Source: Takakia lepidozioides (Eukaryota > Plantae > Bryophyta). From it: DNA of 64,000 nt. The number at the start of each line of letters is the position of its first letter. Positions within the stretch are counted from its first letter, which is position 1. Location: positions 34,410,001-34,474,000 of the forward strand of contig CM060732.1 in NCBI GenBank assembly GCA_030704615.1. The letters are read 5' to 3'. Positions 49,680-61,156 of the stretch are shown piece by piece. Below the pieces are notes generated by a model. The model saw nothing but the letters and a program-made list of their open reading frames with translations. It made no database searches and was not told the DNA's origin. The position numbers and the translations under genes are program-made.

Positions 49680-50050
49680 GAAAACATGTACTTTTCATGA
49701 TGTTATTGATGTGTTGGCCCCTTTACTTGCATTCACAAGGAAGTATGATCAGAAGAAAGCTCACAATATGTTGGGTCTCATGTTGGATCCCGGATTTAAG
49801 GGCCTTGGACTAGTGACATATTTGCTTGGTCGTGAGGCAGCTATGCAAGTGGTTCCAGAGTACACTCAAAAGTCACTTGTGCCTATGCTCTTGACATGTT
49901 GCCGCTACATGGTTCCATCTACTTGATCGAAATGCTTCTGAACATGCTAGCGGAAGCAATCTTGATCTTTTTCAGACTACAGAAACAAATGTTGAAACAA
50001 CATTGATAAGTGTAAGTGTCCATTGGCGTGGTGGAAAGCGCATGACAGTA
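49680..50050 (+). mobile_element. hAT transposase fragment (downstream part, opposite orientation)
   Basis: KKAHNMLGLMLDPGFKGL...EY...LVPMLL, followed by KCPLAWWKAH at the start of the dimerisation domain. Confidence 0.8.
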
Positions 50051-50124
50051 TTGACTGTCACAAGGATTTACCCCATCCGTTCCATCTTTGCTCATTGCTT
50101 CATAAAGTATGACCTTTCCGCCCT

Positions 50125-50510
50125 CACACAACAATCTTCCAAATGAACTTGATGGCCATGGTAGAGTCATCACTCACCCCAAGGTTCTCATGCATGTGTC
50201 CAAGGGAGTATGCTGATTAGCGCCCCAGCAATCTCCAGCATCTCACTGTGGTGCATCTCCTTTACTTCTGCAATACAAAGATAGTGTCAAGCACATACCC
50301 AGCCTCCTTCAGCTGCAGAGACAGTATCAGCTCAGAGTAGAGTTGCTAAACTATAAATACAGTTTGTCATCTACACCAAAAGTAGGCTCCTGGTTGTCTA
50401 CCTCAATGCAGAAGTGGCCTCGCACCTTGCTCTCCTCAATTCTTTTCTGCCCATTGCCCGCCAGCGGCAGCATAGTCATTCACCAATTAGTTGCAGTGTG
50501 TGCTTGGATC
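50125..50510 (-). pseudogene. Degenerate E/E+/DYW domain remnant of the adjacent PPR gene
   Basis: Frameshifted remnants of YAAAG, KEAGY, HHSE(M)LEIA (50242-50253 for HHSE) and KFIWKIV. Confidence 0.8.
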
Positions 50511-52898
50511 CTACTTGAAAGCACACTTTGCCACACGTTCTGCAACCTCGACATTGCCATGAATTTTGCAGGCACCAAGCAAAGTTCCCCAGACTGAAGG
50601 ACCTGGTTCAATTGGCATCTTCTTAATGAACTCCTCTGCATCATACAATTGTCCTGCACGGCCAAGAAGATCGACCATGCAGCCAAAATGCTCTCCTGTG
50701 GGGGCGAGGCCATGATCTCCACTCAGGGAATAAAAGTAGTGACAGCCTTCATCCACTAGGCCCACATGGCTACATGAAGAGAGAACACATGTAAAGGTGA
50801 TACAGTCAGGCGTCACTCCTCCCTGTTGCATTTGTTCATATAGTTGAAGGGCTTCCCTACCACACCCGTGCTGACCATACGCTGCAATTATGCCATTCCA
50901 TGAGACCACATCTTGTTCAGACATATTGTCAAACACTTCACGAGCATCCTTTACACTCCCACATTTGGCATACATATTAACAAGGGCATTCTCTAGAATG
51001 ACATCTGAAACAACTCCAGCTTTGATGATATCAGCATGGACCTTTTTGCCCTTATCCAGGGCTCCTAGGCCAGCACATGCTTTCAGAACACAATTGAATG
51101 TGACATTGTTGGGTGCCACCCCTTCCTGTACCATTTGCTCATACATTTCTAGTGCCTCCCTACCACATCCATGCTGGGCGTATCCTGCAATGATCGTGCT
51201 CCATGAGACCACATTCGGCTTCAAGCCTTCCTGTTTCATTTTCCCAAATAATTGGAGGGCGTCCCTACCACACCCATGCTGAGCATATCCTGAAATCATC
51301 GCACTCCATGAGACCACATCTTGTTCAGCCATTTTGTCAAATACGTCACGAGCATCCTTTATGCTCCCACATTTGACGTACATGTTAACAAGGGTATTCT
51401 CCAGAATGATATCTGGCACAATTCCCACTTTGATGATGTAGGCATGGACCTCTTTCCCCTTCTCCAGGGCTCCTAGGCTGGCACAGGCTGTGAGAATGGA
51501 ACTGAAAGTGACATTGTTGGGCAACACCCCTTCCTGTATCATTTGTTCGTACAGCTCAAAAGCCTCCCCACAACACCCATGCTGAGCATATCCTCCAATC
51601 ATTGCACTCCATGAAACCACATTTCGTTCAGCCATATTGTCAAACACAAGACGTGCCTCACTCATGTTCCCAGATTTGGCATACATGGCAGCAAGGGCAG
51701 TCTCCAGAGTGACATCTGGTGCAATTCCAGCTTTGATGATGTCAGCATGAACCTCTTTACCCTTTTCCAGGGCTGCCAGGCTGGCACATGCATTGAGAAC
51801 CGAAATAAACGTGACCTTGTTTGGTGCCACCCCTTCCTGTACCATTTGCTCATACATCTCTAAAGCCTCCATACCACTCCCAAGCTGAGCATATCCCGCA
51901 ATCATAGCACTCCATGAGACCACATTTCGGTGGGCCATATTGTTAAACACTTGATGTGCATCATTTATGCTCCCGCATTTGACATACATGTTAACAAGGG
52001 CAGTCTCCAGAACGATATCTAGTGCAATTTCAGCTTTTAATAAGTCAGCATGGACATCTTTCCCCTTTTCCAGTGCTCCTATGCTGGCACATGCCTTGAG
52101 AACGCAAATGAACGTGATGTTGTTGGGCAACACCCCTTCTTGTATCATTCGCTGATAGATGTCTAAAGCCTCCAAACCTCGCCCATGCTGAGCATATCCG
52201 GCGATCATCGCACTCCATGAGACCACATTTCGTTGAGCCATTTTATCAAACACTTGACGTGCATCCTCTATGCTGCCGCATTTGGCATACATGTCAACAA
52301 GAGATGTCTCAAGAATGATATCTGGAGACATTCCAGCTTCAATGATGTCAGCATGGACCTTTTTACCCTTTTCCAGGGCTGTCAGGCTGGCACAAGCATT
52401 GAGAACGCACACAAATGTGACCTTGTTTGGCTTCACCCCTTCCTGTATCATTTGCTGATAGATCTCAAAAGCCTTCCTACCACACCCATGTTTTGCATAT
52501 CCTGCTACCATTATAGTGCACGCAAACACATTTCGTTTAGGCATTTTATCAAAAGCTAGGCGTGCATCCACCACACTTCCGCACTTGGCATACATGTTAA
52601 CAAGGGTGCCAAGTAGAAAGATGTTTGGCTTCAGTCCACTTTGAATCATGAGGGCATGCACCTGCCTTCCCACCTCAAGATTTTCAATTTTGATGCATTC
52701 CTGCAAGAGACAAACATAGGTACTGGAGTCTGCCCAAATGCCTCGTTTGTTCCCAATGTGAGCCGCCTCTTTCACTCCCTTACTTAGTGTCGTCACATCC
52801 CCACTAGAGTCAGAAGAATTTTTGTTGAGTCCATCCCCACATTTTGCTTGCCTTTGTATCATGGCGGCTAGAGCTGCTTTCACCCATTGAGGGTTCAA
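50511..52898 (-). CDS. PLS-class PPR protein truncated in the E region; E/DYW tail decayed (possible pseudogene)
   Basis: A 795-codon uninterrupted PPR tract ends FK* (TAG where the paralogue has TGG in LKWDP). Downstream remnants LKEAGYVLDT, HHSE and AIKFIWKIV lie at ~50125-50510. Confidence 0.9.
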   Translation of the reverse strand: MNPQWVKAALAAMIQRQAKCGDGLNKNSSDSSGDVTTLSKGVKEAAHIGNKRGIWADSSTYVCLLQECIKIENLEVGRQVHALMIQSGLKPNIFLLGTLVNMYAKCGSVVDARLAFDKMPKRNVFACTIMVAGYAKHGCGRKAFEIYQQMIQEGVKPNKVTFVCVLNACASLTALEKGKKVHADIIEAGMSPDIILETSLVDMYAKCGSIEDARQVFDKMAQRNVVSWSAMIAGYAQHGRGLEALDIYQRMIQEGVLPNNITFICVLKACASIGALEKGKDVHADLLKAEIALDIVLETALVNMYVKCGSINDAHQVFNNMAHRNVVSWSAMIAGYAQLGSGMEALEMYEQMVQEGVAPNKVTFISVLNACASLAALEKGKEVHADIIKAGIAPDVTLETALAAMYAKSGNMSEARLVFDNMAERNVVSWSAMIGGYAQHGCCGEAFELYEQMIQEGVLPNNVTFSSILTACASLGALEKGKEVHAYIIKVGIVPDIILENTLVNMYVKCGSIKDARDVFDKMAEQDVVSWSAMISGYAQHGCGRDALQLFGKMKQEGLKPNVVSWSTIIAGYAQHGCGREALEMYEQMVQEGVAPNNVTFNCVLKACAGLGALDKGKKVHADIIKAGVVSDVILENALVNMYAKCGSVKDAREVFDNMSEQDVVSWNGIIAAYGQHGCGREALQLYEQMQQGGVTPDCITFTCVLSSCSHVGLVDEGCHYFYSLSGDHGLAPTGEHFGCMVDLLGRAGQLYDAEEFIKKMPIEPGPSVWGTLLGACKIHGNVEVAERVAKCAFK

Positions 52899-54007
52899 CC
52901 GACCCTTAATCCAAAGGGCCTCATTTGTGCACTTATGTCTGAACTCTGGTAATTTCGGAATTTTCTGTGCAATCCACCAATAGGCAGCTGAGTGGCCATA
53001 GCTTCAACCACAGGCTGGCAAAGACTCTACAATCACCAGAGCTCCAAGCATCTTTCAAATAAAAGGGAACAACCTACTTTGAACAACTTCCTGGCCACAC
53101 TCATAAGGTCCACTTTCTGCAGAAGATCAGAATTGCCATGAATTAGAGTGACTGAAGATGCAATCCAGTCCACACAACATCACGCAGGATCCAGTCACAA
53201 ACCCTCCTTGACAACCTCTTTCACATCCTAAATGAAGAAAGCCTCACCTTACTCCTGTTGTGCCACCACTGTGAAGTATCTGAGAAAGATTCCTGCCGGT
53301 GTCGTTCTTTTCTCTCTTCTGGACCTGCATCCAAGAAATACAAGTGCATAAAAACTTAGTCCCTAGTCCTTATAGATCTTTCCTAAGGGACCTCAATCTT
53401 ATTAAGGAAGTCTAGTATTCGCTTTCCGTAAAATCCACCTCTCATAATAAAGTACGATTTTCACTTCTCTCTCTCTCTCTCTCTCTCTCTGCCCTGCGGC
53501 AAACAACATATTATGAGTACATTCTCTTTGCCCTGCCCTTCTCTCAGCTTGGTCTGCCAGTGCAACCACAACCACACCTATCACACCTGCATTTACGAGG
53601 ATTGAAAGCTGTGAACCTCCTTGGCTCTGAATTTTAGGGTGAGTGTACATGAGATGCTGCTCCTGGAAAGCTTTCTGGAGAACCTCTGAGACAGACAATA
53701 TCGTTATTAGAAGTTCGAGCACTGGAGTGAGCCTTCTGTCCCAGTGTTTATTCTTTTCTTCCCAGCAGGGTTCGTTCACTATGAAGGGTTAGCATACTCT
53801 TCTCTTGAACTTCAGACCAATCCCAAGAGTGTGACATTCGCTGATGACTCCCCTTGATAGGCTGAAAAGAGGATCAGCCTAGACTTGAGCCGTATTTCTA
53901 CTTACTGGCTTTTAAATGGCAACTCTCTCTAACTTTACGAGACCCTGGCCTCCATCTCTCCCACCTAAAGATGTCGGAGAGACAGAATGTAGTCATAAAA
54001 TTAGTTT

Positions 54008-54137
54008 GGGTTTTCCAGATATCCTCTAGAAAACCCTTCACACAAGCATCAACTTGCTGTGTGTATCAAGCTGCCCAGCAATTAGACCCCAAGAGGGCCA
54101 GGGCTCTAGGCTTAGCCTCAAGATTCTGAAAGTTGGT
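54008..54137 (-). mobile_element. Short fragment of the RTE/RTEX-like LINE family seen at 21816-24670
   Basis: Matches 21960-22085 (TTTTCCAGATATCCTCTAGAAA-CCCTTCACACAAGCATCAA...). Confidence 0.85.
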
Positions 54138-54165
54138 GGAGGTGCAGGGATGTCAGAGAGAGAGA

Positions 54166-54720
54166 GAAATGAAATGAAATGAAATGGTGCTTTATAACGT
54201 CCGCGCAAAGCTCATAGAGCTTATGGGACAAAATGGAAAGAAAAACATGAGAGAAAACAGGAAACCAGAGTCAAAGATAAGAACTTTTGTTCGAGTGATT
54301 GTCTAAGGGTGAATGCCTCGTGCAGGTAGGCTGCCAAGCATTTCTGATCCTCATAGTGAAAGACCTCAGTGAGAGATTGGGTTCCACGGAATAGACAATG
54401 GAATCTCCCACGGATCTCATAGTATAGAGGGCAATAGAAAAAGAAGTGTTCAGAGAGAGATAGACTTTCAACACAGTTGGAAGGAGGTGAAAGGATCGAG
54501 AAAGTGTAGAGGGAACAGAAGATTTCAGAGAAAGGGCAACCTGAATTCTCTGATTCCACCAAGCTCAATGTGTTCACAACCACCTGTCCCCCACATAACT
54601 CCAGCCAACATGTCAGGACCTCCCCACTTGTTGCTTCACACCCCACTACTATGTTGCAAACCACAGGCAAACCTCGCCATAATCACCCCAACAGGCAAGG
54701 AGAGTAGCCAATGTCTAATA
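54166..54720 (-). mobile_element. 3' end of an RTEX-like LINE with (CATTT)n tail, copy A
   Basis: EHFFFYCPLYYEIRGRFHCLF...YEDQKCLAAYLHEA, a conserved 3' UTR and (GAAAT)4 at 54166-54185, next to (AG)n. Confidence 0.8.
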
Positions 54721-54984
54721 TTCTTGACGTTTCCTTCCACTACCTAGGGACTCTAGAAGGGCTAAGGATGTAGGATTCCCTTCACTCTGTAAATCAACCC
54801 ACAATAACCCTTTGTATGCAATGTTGGCTCAACAGACATGAAAATAATTCAGACGCGTGTTGAGGTCAAGGCAAAAGGCAAAAGGTTCTTTGAGATGCCA
54901 AAAGGAGAGACTCTGCACAAAGTTGGCTAAGTGAGGCTAGAACAATATAACGCAATTTTCTTCTTCCTCAAACTGCCTGACATA

Positions 54985-55870
54985 TGAGGCCTGCTCCTTC
55001 ATAATTTTCACAGTAAAACAACGAGGTGAGGTTAAAAGACAAATGAAATTAACACTGACCTTGGCTTTCTCTTGAGAGATATCTTGCTGGTTGACATAAG
55101 TATCTACAACCAGACGCCCTGTAATATAGAGCCTATTCCCCTTCTTTACATGGTGCCCTGCACTCTCAACCAGCGTATCCCAAATCTCAGCTTAGTCTTC
55201 ATCAACACAGTGACAATGGGAGTACAATTAATGCAAGAACAAATTACGACTATCCGACCTGTAACGTTATCGCAAAGCTAGCACTTTTCGCCAACACAAC
55301 GATCTACCTACACTTGCACAATCCTTGCCCCCTGCCTGAAATGACTGAACCTTGTTGATCTCGACTCTAGACATGGGCAGTAGACGTTCGTGCATCACAG
55401 ACATGGAACTATATCTACTAATCTGTACTTTTCCTCCAATTTAATACGGTACAGGAGCACTTGCAGAACATCTCTGAATCATTCTCCTTCTATAGTACGG
55501 GACACAAAACCTTACCCTCTTATCGGAGAAGAACACCAAAATGGCTTACCAGTTCGGAACATCTGTTTTAGTATCAGTCTTTCGTACAGAACTGATGTAT
55601 TTCGCTAACGATTTTCGAGTACCCAAGCACTTCATGAGCTCCATGTGACAGAGCACACGGTCAATGGGTTGCAATATCTTGAGAAATTTCTTGCTGAATG
55701 CTACCAGCTAATCTTCTCCGGCCTCTTTGCTTATCCCCCAGTCCAGAAACCTCTTCCTCCTCCGCTGTTCTCCCCTGAGAAAAATGAGTTGAAGCAGTGT
55801 GGAGCATATCTGAAGGCAATGCGATTCGCAAATTGCAGAGAATGTGGGCACGGATTGCACAGCCCACCCA
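54985..55870 (-). pseudogene. Organellar single-stranded DNA-binding protein (OSB/SSB OB-fold) pseudogene with introns
   Basis: Minus strand: RPEKISW*HSARN, then ELMKCLGTRKSLAKYISSVRKTDTKTDVPNW|gtaag (exon ends 55550), then EIWDTLVESAGHHVKKGNRLYITGRLVVDTY...AK|gtcag (55060-55190). Confidence 0.65.
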
Positions 55871-56466
55871 TTCATGGAACTCTCAGCGCGAGCACCAGGC
55901 CTCGAAAATTGGAAGAGTCGGAGCAACCCACAGTCTGAGTCCCATGGATGAATAGTGGATGCTCGTCAGTGTGGGTCTGTAAACTAGAGTTGGAAAGAGA
56001 CTGAACTTTTCGAAGACGCTGCTCCTTACTGCTCAATTCTCACCATAACTCCGGAGGATTCGAAGGGATCCAGCGTTGCGTTCGAAGAATTATGGTCTTC
56101 CAGTCGGTCACGAGGAGGGGAAGTATTTGGTGCAGATACTAGTGCAGATTACCTGAGCTTTTTACAGATCAAACTGTCTTGTAGCTTTTTGTCTGAAAAG
56201 TTTCTTTGTTGAAGGAGATTGAAGGAGACCAGATTAGGGTTTTGGGTTTAACTCGTGTCTTCCACCTGCTCCCCCAAAACCATTTTATTAAGATGAGTAT
56301 CTTCAAGGCCTTCAGTAGTTAACGTTCGTTGTGTCTATGGTTGAAGGACTGAAGCCGCTGGGAGGAAGGACGATACTCCTCCAGATCAACCAGAAACGGT
56401 AAGGTGTAGATAGACCTTGGAATCTGTGGTGATGATCAAGACCCAGGAGGCAGGATTGGGGGCAAG

Positions 56467-58845
56467 ATGGTGACTATCATTGGCAAGGAAAGCACAGGTC
56501 AGAGAGGCACACTGCCTCCTTCGCCCCCTCTTCATTATTTTCCTCCTCTTTTAAGCTATCCAACGCAATGGCCTGGTACTGTCGCGTACCCTCCCATGCC
56601 CTCTTATCCTTGTTACCCGCATTACCCATGCCCTAGCTATGGAGCCTACTATGGCCCCCCCCAACCCCCATGGGCTGCTCCCTCCTATCCGCCACATTCC
56701 CCATACTTTTCCCCTAACCTTAATCCTCACTTTTCTTCTTCAGATTCTTCAACAGCTCCTCAACCCCCACCCACCTGCGCTCTATGGTTTCCTGGACCGG
56801 CCAGAGAGGAACCAGAGGGACCCCCTCCTCCTCAGTGTAGGGTCCCCGCACCTAATTCTACCGTAGGAATTTCTTTCCACAACACTGATTCGGTATTTGA
56901 TTCACAAAACATTGATCACACTAATGGCCACGAGGCCTCGTTGAAGCCCCTGGTACACCTCGCGTCAAGTGGAACTGCCTCAGCGCAGGACACCAGGTCA
57001 GAAACAATTGCGGGGTCCAAGTCAGTGACAAAATCTGTAAGCGAAAGTGTAGCAGGAAAACTGGCAGCAATACCAGAGGCAGGCTCGGATGTTTGTCTTC
57101 CACTTGGCGATCTGCTTGTGGACTCCCGGCACACATTTCAACCAAATTCTCCAGAATCCCTGGAATCAAGACCTGCTTCTGCTCCAGGAACGTCTGCACC
57201 TTCGACATCGATACTGTGGACATCGCCTTCATCTCCACTGCATGATAAAATCCCAGAAGCACTCCCTTCCACCCCCCTTCCTCCGCATCCCTTCCTTCCC
57301 CACCATGTCCGACCACCATGTGTGCCACTCCCGCCTAACTTTTGGAGTCGACCTCCCTGTGTTCGTCTCCGCTGTTCTCACTGTGGTGCCTGGAATTATA
57401 GCTACCCCCTACCTCACCGTGGCTGCATATTGACAAGGCCTTCTTTCCCTCCACCTTTTCTCCCTCCTTTCCCTGGTGGAAATGGTCTCTTTACTGAAGG
57501 TGCAGATAACATAGAGAGTCCGTGTGCATGGGGGCAACCTCCAAAAAAAACCAGGGAGGAGGACAATGGACAGGGCTTAACATCGGGTAACTGCAAAGGT
57601 GAAGCTGGTCAGCCGCAAGAGTGTTACGATGGGTGTGCATCTGGACCTTTCTTTTCTCATCTCTGTGTTCCATGCACCAACTAGTTGTCTCTATAATCTC
57701 TAGCACTACTGTGACCATATTCTTCAGAAATTTCCTGTTGTAAATGTCAAATTGATTGAGCTCCAGGCAGTTAGACTTCAGCCTAACAATGGCAATGTTT
57801 GGTGAAAACTCAAACTCCTTTAGGTCGCTGAGTGGGACAAGCAAAGAGATCAAACCCAATCTTTGGTGATTGAGTCTAAGTCTGTTAGCTATAGGAAGTG
57901 TGGCGTTTTCGTCTCTTCTGCTGTGTCAGAAATTGTGAGCTAACTTTCTGCCATCCACTGCTTGGTTTTGGCCCGTATAGTGGCAAACAGTTCTGTAAAA
58001 GAATGCTAGCTGGTGATGGGAGTAGTGACACCAAGTGCTTTACAGAAGGAATTCCCTTTTTAATGAATATTGTGACCTTCTGAAAGCAGGAATTGTAGTG
58101 AGAGTGCTGAGGAGAGTATGACTTGGTGTTCTGGGGGGCTTGAATGGCAGGCTGGGAGAAGAAGAGGAGGAGCATGAAGAGGAGGATGAGGAGCCCCAGT
58201 TTGTGCTCTCTGACGAGTGGGCTCAATTTTTTGCAAGATCTGAAGCTCGCCGAAAAGAAAGTATGCATAGTCTCTGTCTCTCTCACTACATTATAAAGTA
58301 CAAGGTCCCCCCAAAATTTTCCACTGAGACTAAATATTATTGTGATGCGCCATGCTTTGTCTGTGCACTTGTGATCAGTACTTGGTGGACTGCTCCCAAA
58401 TAGTACCGGTTGTAATCTCTTGGAGCTAGAGCTGCAGTAGGTTGGATCGTAGCTGTATTAAGGAGTTAGTATTTGCCTTGTTAGCTTTCTGTCTCCAGGT
58501 CTGATTTGTAGGCAATTAGTTACTGAAAGGGTCCCTTTGGCAGAGAAGCGGCAGCAAAAGAAAGATGCAAAGGCAGCCCGTAAGGCAGCGAAAGCAGCTA
58601 AACCGGAACTCCAAGATGTGGATGAAACTCAAATTGCAGTGGATGTGCTTCAGTCCTCTGAGACTGCGTCTTTGGCAGCCACCTGGGGTGACAGAGTGGA
58701 GGCCAATGAGTTCAACTCCACTGCAGCTATGACCAGCTTAACGATAGATCCAGCTGGAGACTCTCTTCCTGTAGTTCTGGCCCACGACCTGCAAAGTTTG
58801 AAAGATGCAAGCAAAGATGATGGTGCCGGAGTAAGGGAGATGTAA
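56467..58845 (+). CDS. Pro-rich protein with acidic tract and FVLSDEWAQFFARSEARRK motif, 3 exons, function unknown
   Basis: Exons 56467-57632, 58151-58260 and 58544-58845 join in frame at GT-AG sites (the first donor is inferred from phase). A telo-box TAGGGTTT lies at 56235-56242 upstream. Confidence 0.65.
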
Positions 58846-60269
58846 ATTCATAGATAGATGCCAGCTGACACTGGCTCGCAACTGGCTATAGAATTTTCCA
58901 CCAGAAAGATACAAGGGACCTAACTGGCTATAATCATGCATTAAAATTGCAAAGCTTCAGCCAAGGAGTAGATAGAATCGGAGTTTTGTTGGAAGCAGAG
59001 CCATGAAGTGTCATGACTGCGCAAAATTGAGGGTACCCACAAGACCCTGTAATCCGTCTAAGTTTTTTCATTTTATGTGCTACGTTGCTAAGGTGGCTGC
59101 CCTTCCCAGGCCTCCTGTAAGGATTAGTTGTGTAGGACAGTTAAAGTCCACGGTGACCACTTCAAAATTGTGGGAATATCATTTCAGAAAGCCGTTTAGG
59201 TTAGCAAGGTGTATGAGACGTTATGTGTACATATCTGGTGAAGTCAAATTTTGCTCGACTCACTTGTCTAGCACCAGGTAAGTCGGTAGGTGACTGGTGA
59301 CCTCACCAGAAGTTGCGATTTTAACAAATGACCAGGAAAATGTCAGTATACATAACTGAGTTTCTTGGGTCCAGAGTACACAATTGATACCTCTGGTTTT
59401 AAGAGGTTGGTTTGTATTTTGATGGGGTGTGTGAAGTGGAGGAAGTCCCTTGCTGAGAATTTGAATTAAAAGCTGGAGGCCAAAAGCTGTGAAGGTGAAA
59501 TATGGATTGGCTTGGATGGCGGACTGAGGCGGTGAGCGAAGATTGCACTGGAGGGAACCTGCAGATAATCATCCCTCAAGCCTAGAAGTTGAGTCCGTTT
59601 CCAGGTGATGTTATTGGTTATCAAGGTGTGGCCCCAAGGGAGGATTCAAGTTCTCTGTAGAGAGGTTTCTCAGAATGTTACATAGTATGGGACAGGTGGT
59701 GGTCTTGGTAGGGTCATGTTTAGATCGATATGCTTCCCTCCTACATTTTCAAGTCCACACTGATTGACCCATGCAAACGTTCCTTCTGAGTTTTCAGGGG
59801 TTTAGCACTCGCTGTATTGTGAAGGAAAAGTAGGCTGTCATTAAGGAGGGCACTTTCAAGGAGGCACTTCTACATTTGCTGAGTTGGTGGACTACTTGAC
59901 TGCCTCCATGGTTTGCTCAGCTGCTTGGTTTATCAGGAATCTCGGCTATAAATGCCCAGCAGGCATTGCCCACTGCAAAATGCCTGCCTCATCTTACCTG
60001 GACCAACTGTCCTTGTAGATATTCAGTTCCTTTAGGAACAGGTAGTATCTGGAAAGTTTCTATCATCATTTCTTTTTATGCTGAACGACTGGCCTCTTCA
60101 TGTTATTGCAAGAATCAATTTTTGTCTGCGGGATGTTCCTAGCGTTATTTGGGATTTGGTTTCTTCCTTCCTACCTCTGCTGTGCTTAAATTGTATACCT
60201 CTTATATTCCGTGGCCTTCATGATATTTTATCTTTAGGTGTCTATTGTGAAGGACAGATAGGAGCTAAC

Positions 60270-60582
60270 GGGTAGTGGGGAAAGAGAGGTTGATGTTAAC
60301 ATTTCAATCCCCTTTGAGAGTGGAAGAAAGCATGTGGGAAAAAAACATGGGTAAGTGGGGAAAGAGAGGTTGATGTTAACATTTCAATCCCCTTTGAGAA
60401 TGTGGAAGAAAGCATGTGGAGAAAAACATGGGTAGTGGGGAAAGAGAGGTTGATGTTAACATTTCAATCCCCTTTGAGAATGTGGAAGAAAGCATGTGGG
60501 AAAAAAACATGGGTAGTGGGGAAAGAGAGGTTGATGTTAACATTTCAATCCCCTTTGAGAATGTGGAAGAAAGCATGTGGAA
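60270..60582. repeat. Minisatellite, 4 units of ~80 bp
   Basis: The unit GGGTAGTGGGGAAAGAGAGGTTGATGTTAACATTTCAATCCCCTTTGAGAATGTGGAAGAAAGCATGTGG(A)nCAT starts at 60270, 60349, 60430 and 60511; the units are nearly identical. Confidence 0.95.
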
Positions 60583-60739
60583 GTAAACATTACTTCGCCA
60601 TGTGGGAATCAGTTTTCTTTGCTTTTCATTTGTGCTTTTATTTTCTGTGAGAGAAGTGGGAGGGTGAAACTTCGAGTCACCTTTGTTGGACCAACAAAAC
60701 TGCAGTTCTATATGGAGACATTCTTGGTTTTCTGCGACA

Positions 60740-61156
60740 ATAGAATCTTGTAGCCTAATTACCTGTCTGCAGCTCTATCTCTCCCATTGGGGAGATCCAG
60801 GGTGGGCTCCCACAGTCTGCAGGTAGAGACTGGGAATCAGCAACATGACAACTGCCAATGCCCCGCTTGCCTTGGAACAATCATTAGGGAAATCGAAAGT
60901 GAGTCGATTCTGGGACACCCATTCTCCTATGGAGGTCTTCCATTACGAGGATAAAAAATGCTTGGCAGCTTACCTGCATGAAGCTTTGACTCTTAGTTAA
61001 TCCCTTGAGAAATAGTTGCATTTGGGCTGCTTGTCCCCTCTCTTTCTTGTTTCTTTCTTCCATTTCAGATGTTATGAAGTACCATTTCATTCCTCTTGTT
61101 CCATAAGCTCTTTGAGCTTCCCGCGGACATTATAAAATTCCATTTCATTTCATTTC
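60740..61156 (+). mobile_element. 3' end of the (CATTT)n-tailed RTEX-like LINE, copy B
   Basis: RVGSHSLQVETG...EVFHYEDKKCLAAYLHEA, the same 3' UTR and (CATTT)3 at 61141-61155. Confidence 0.8.
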
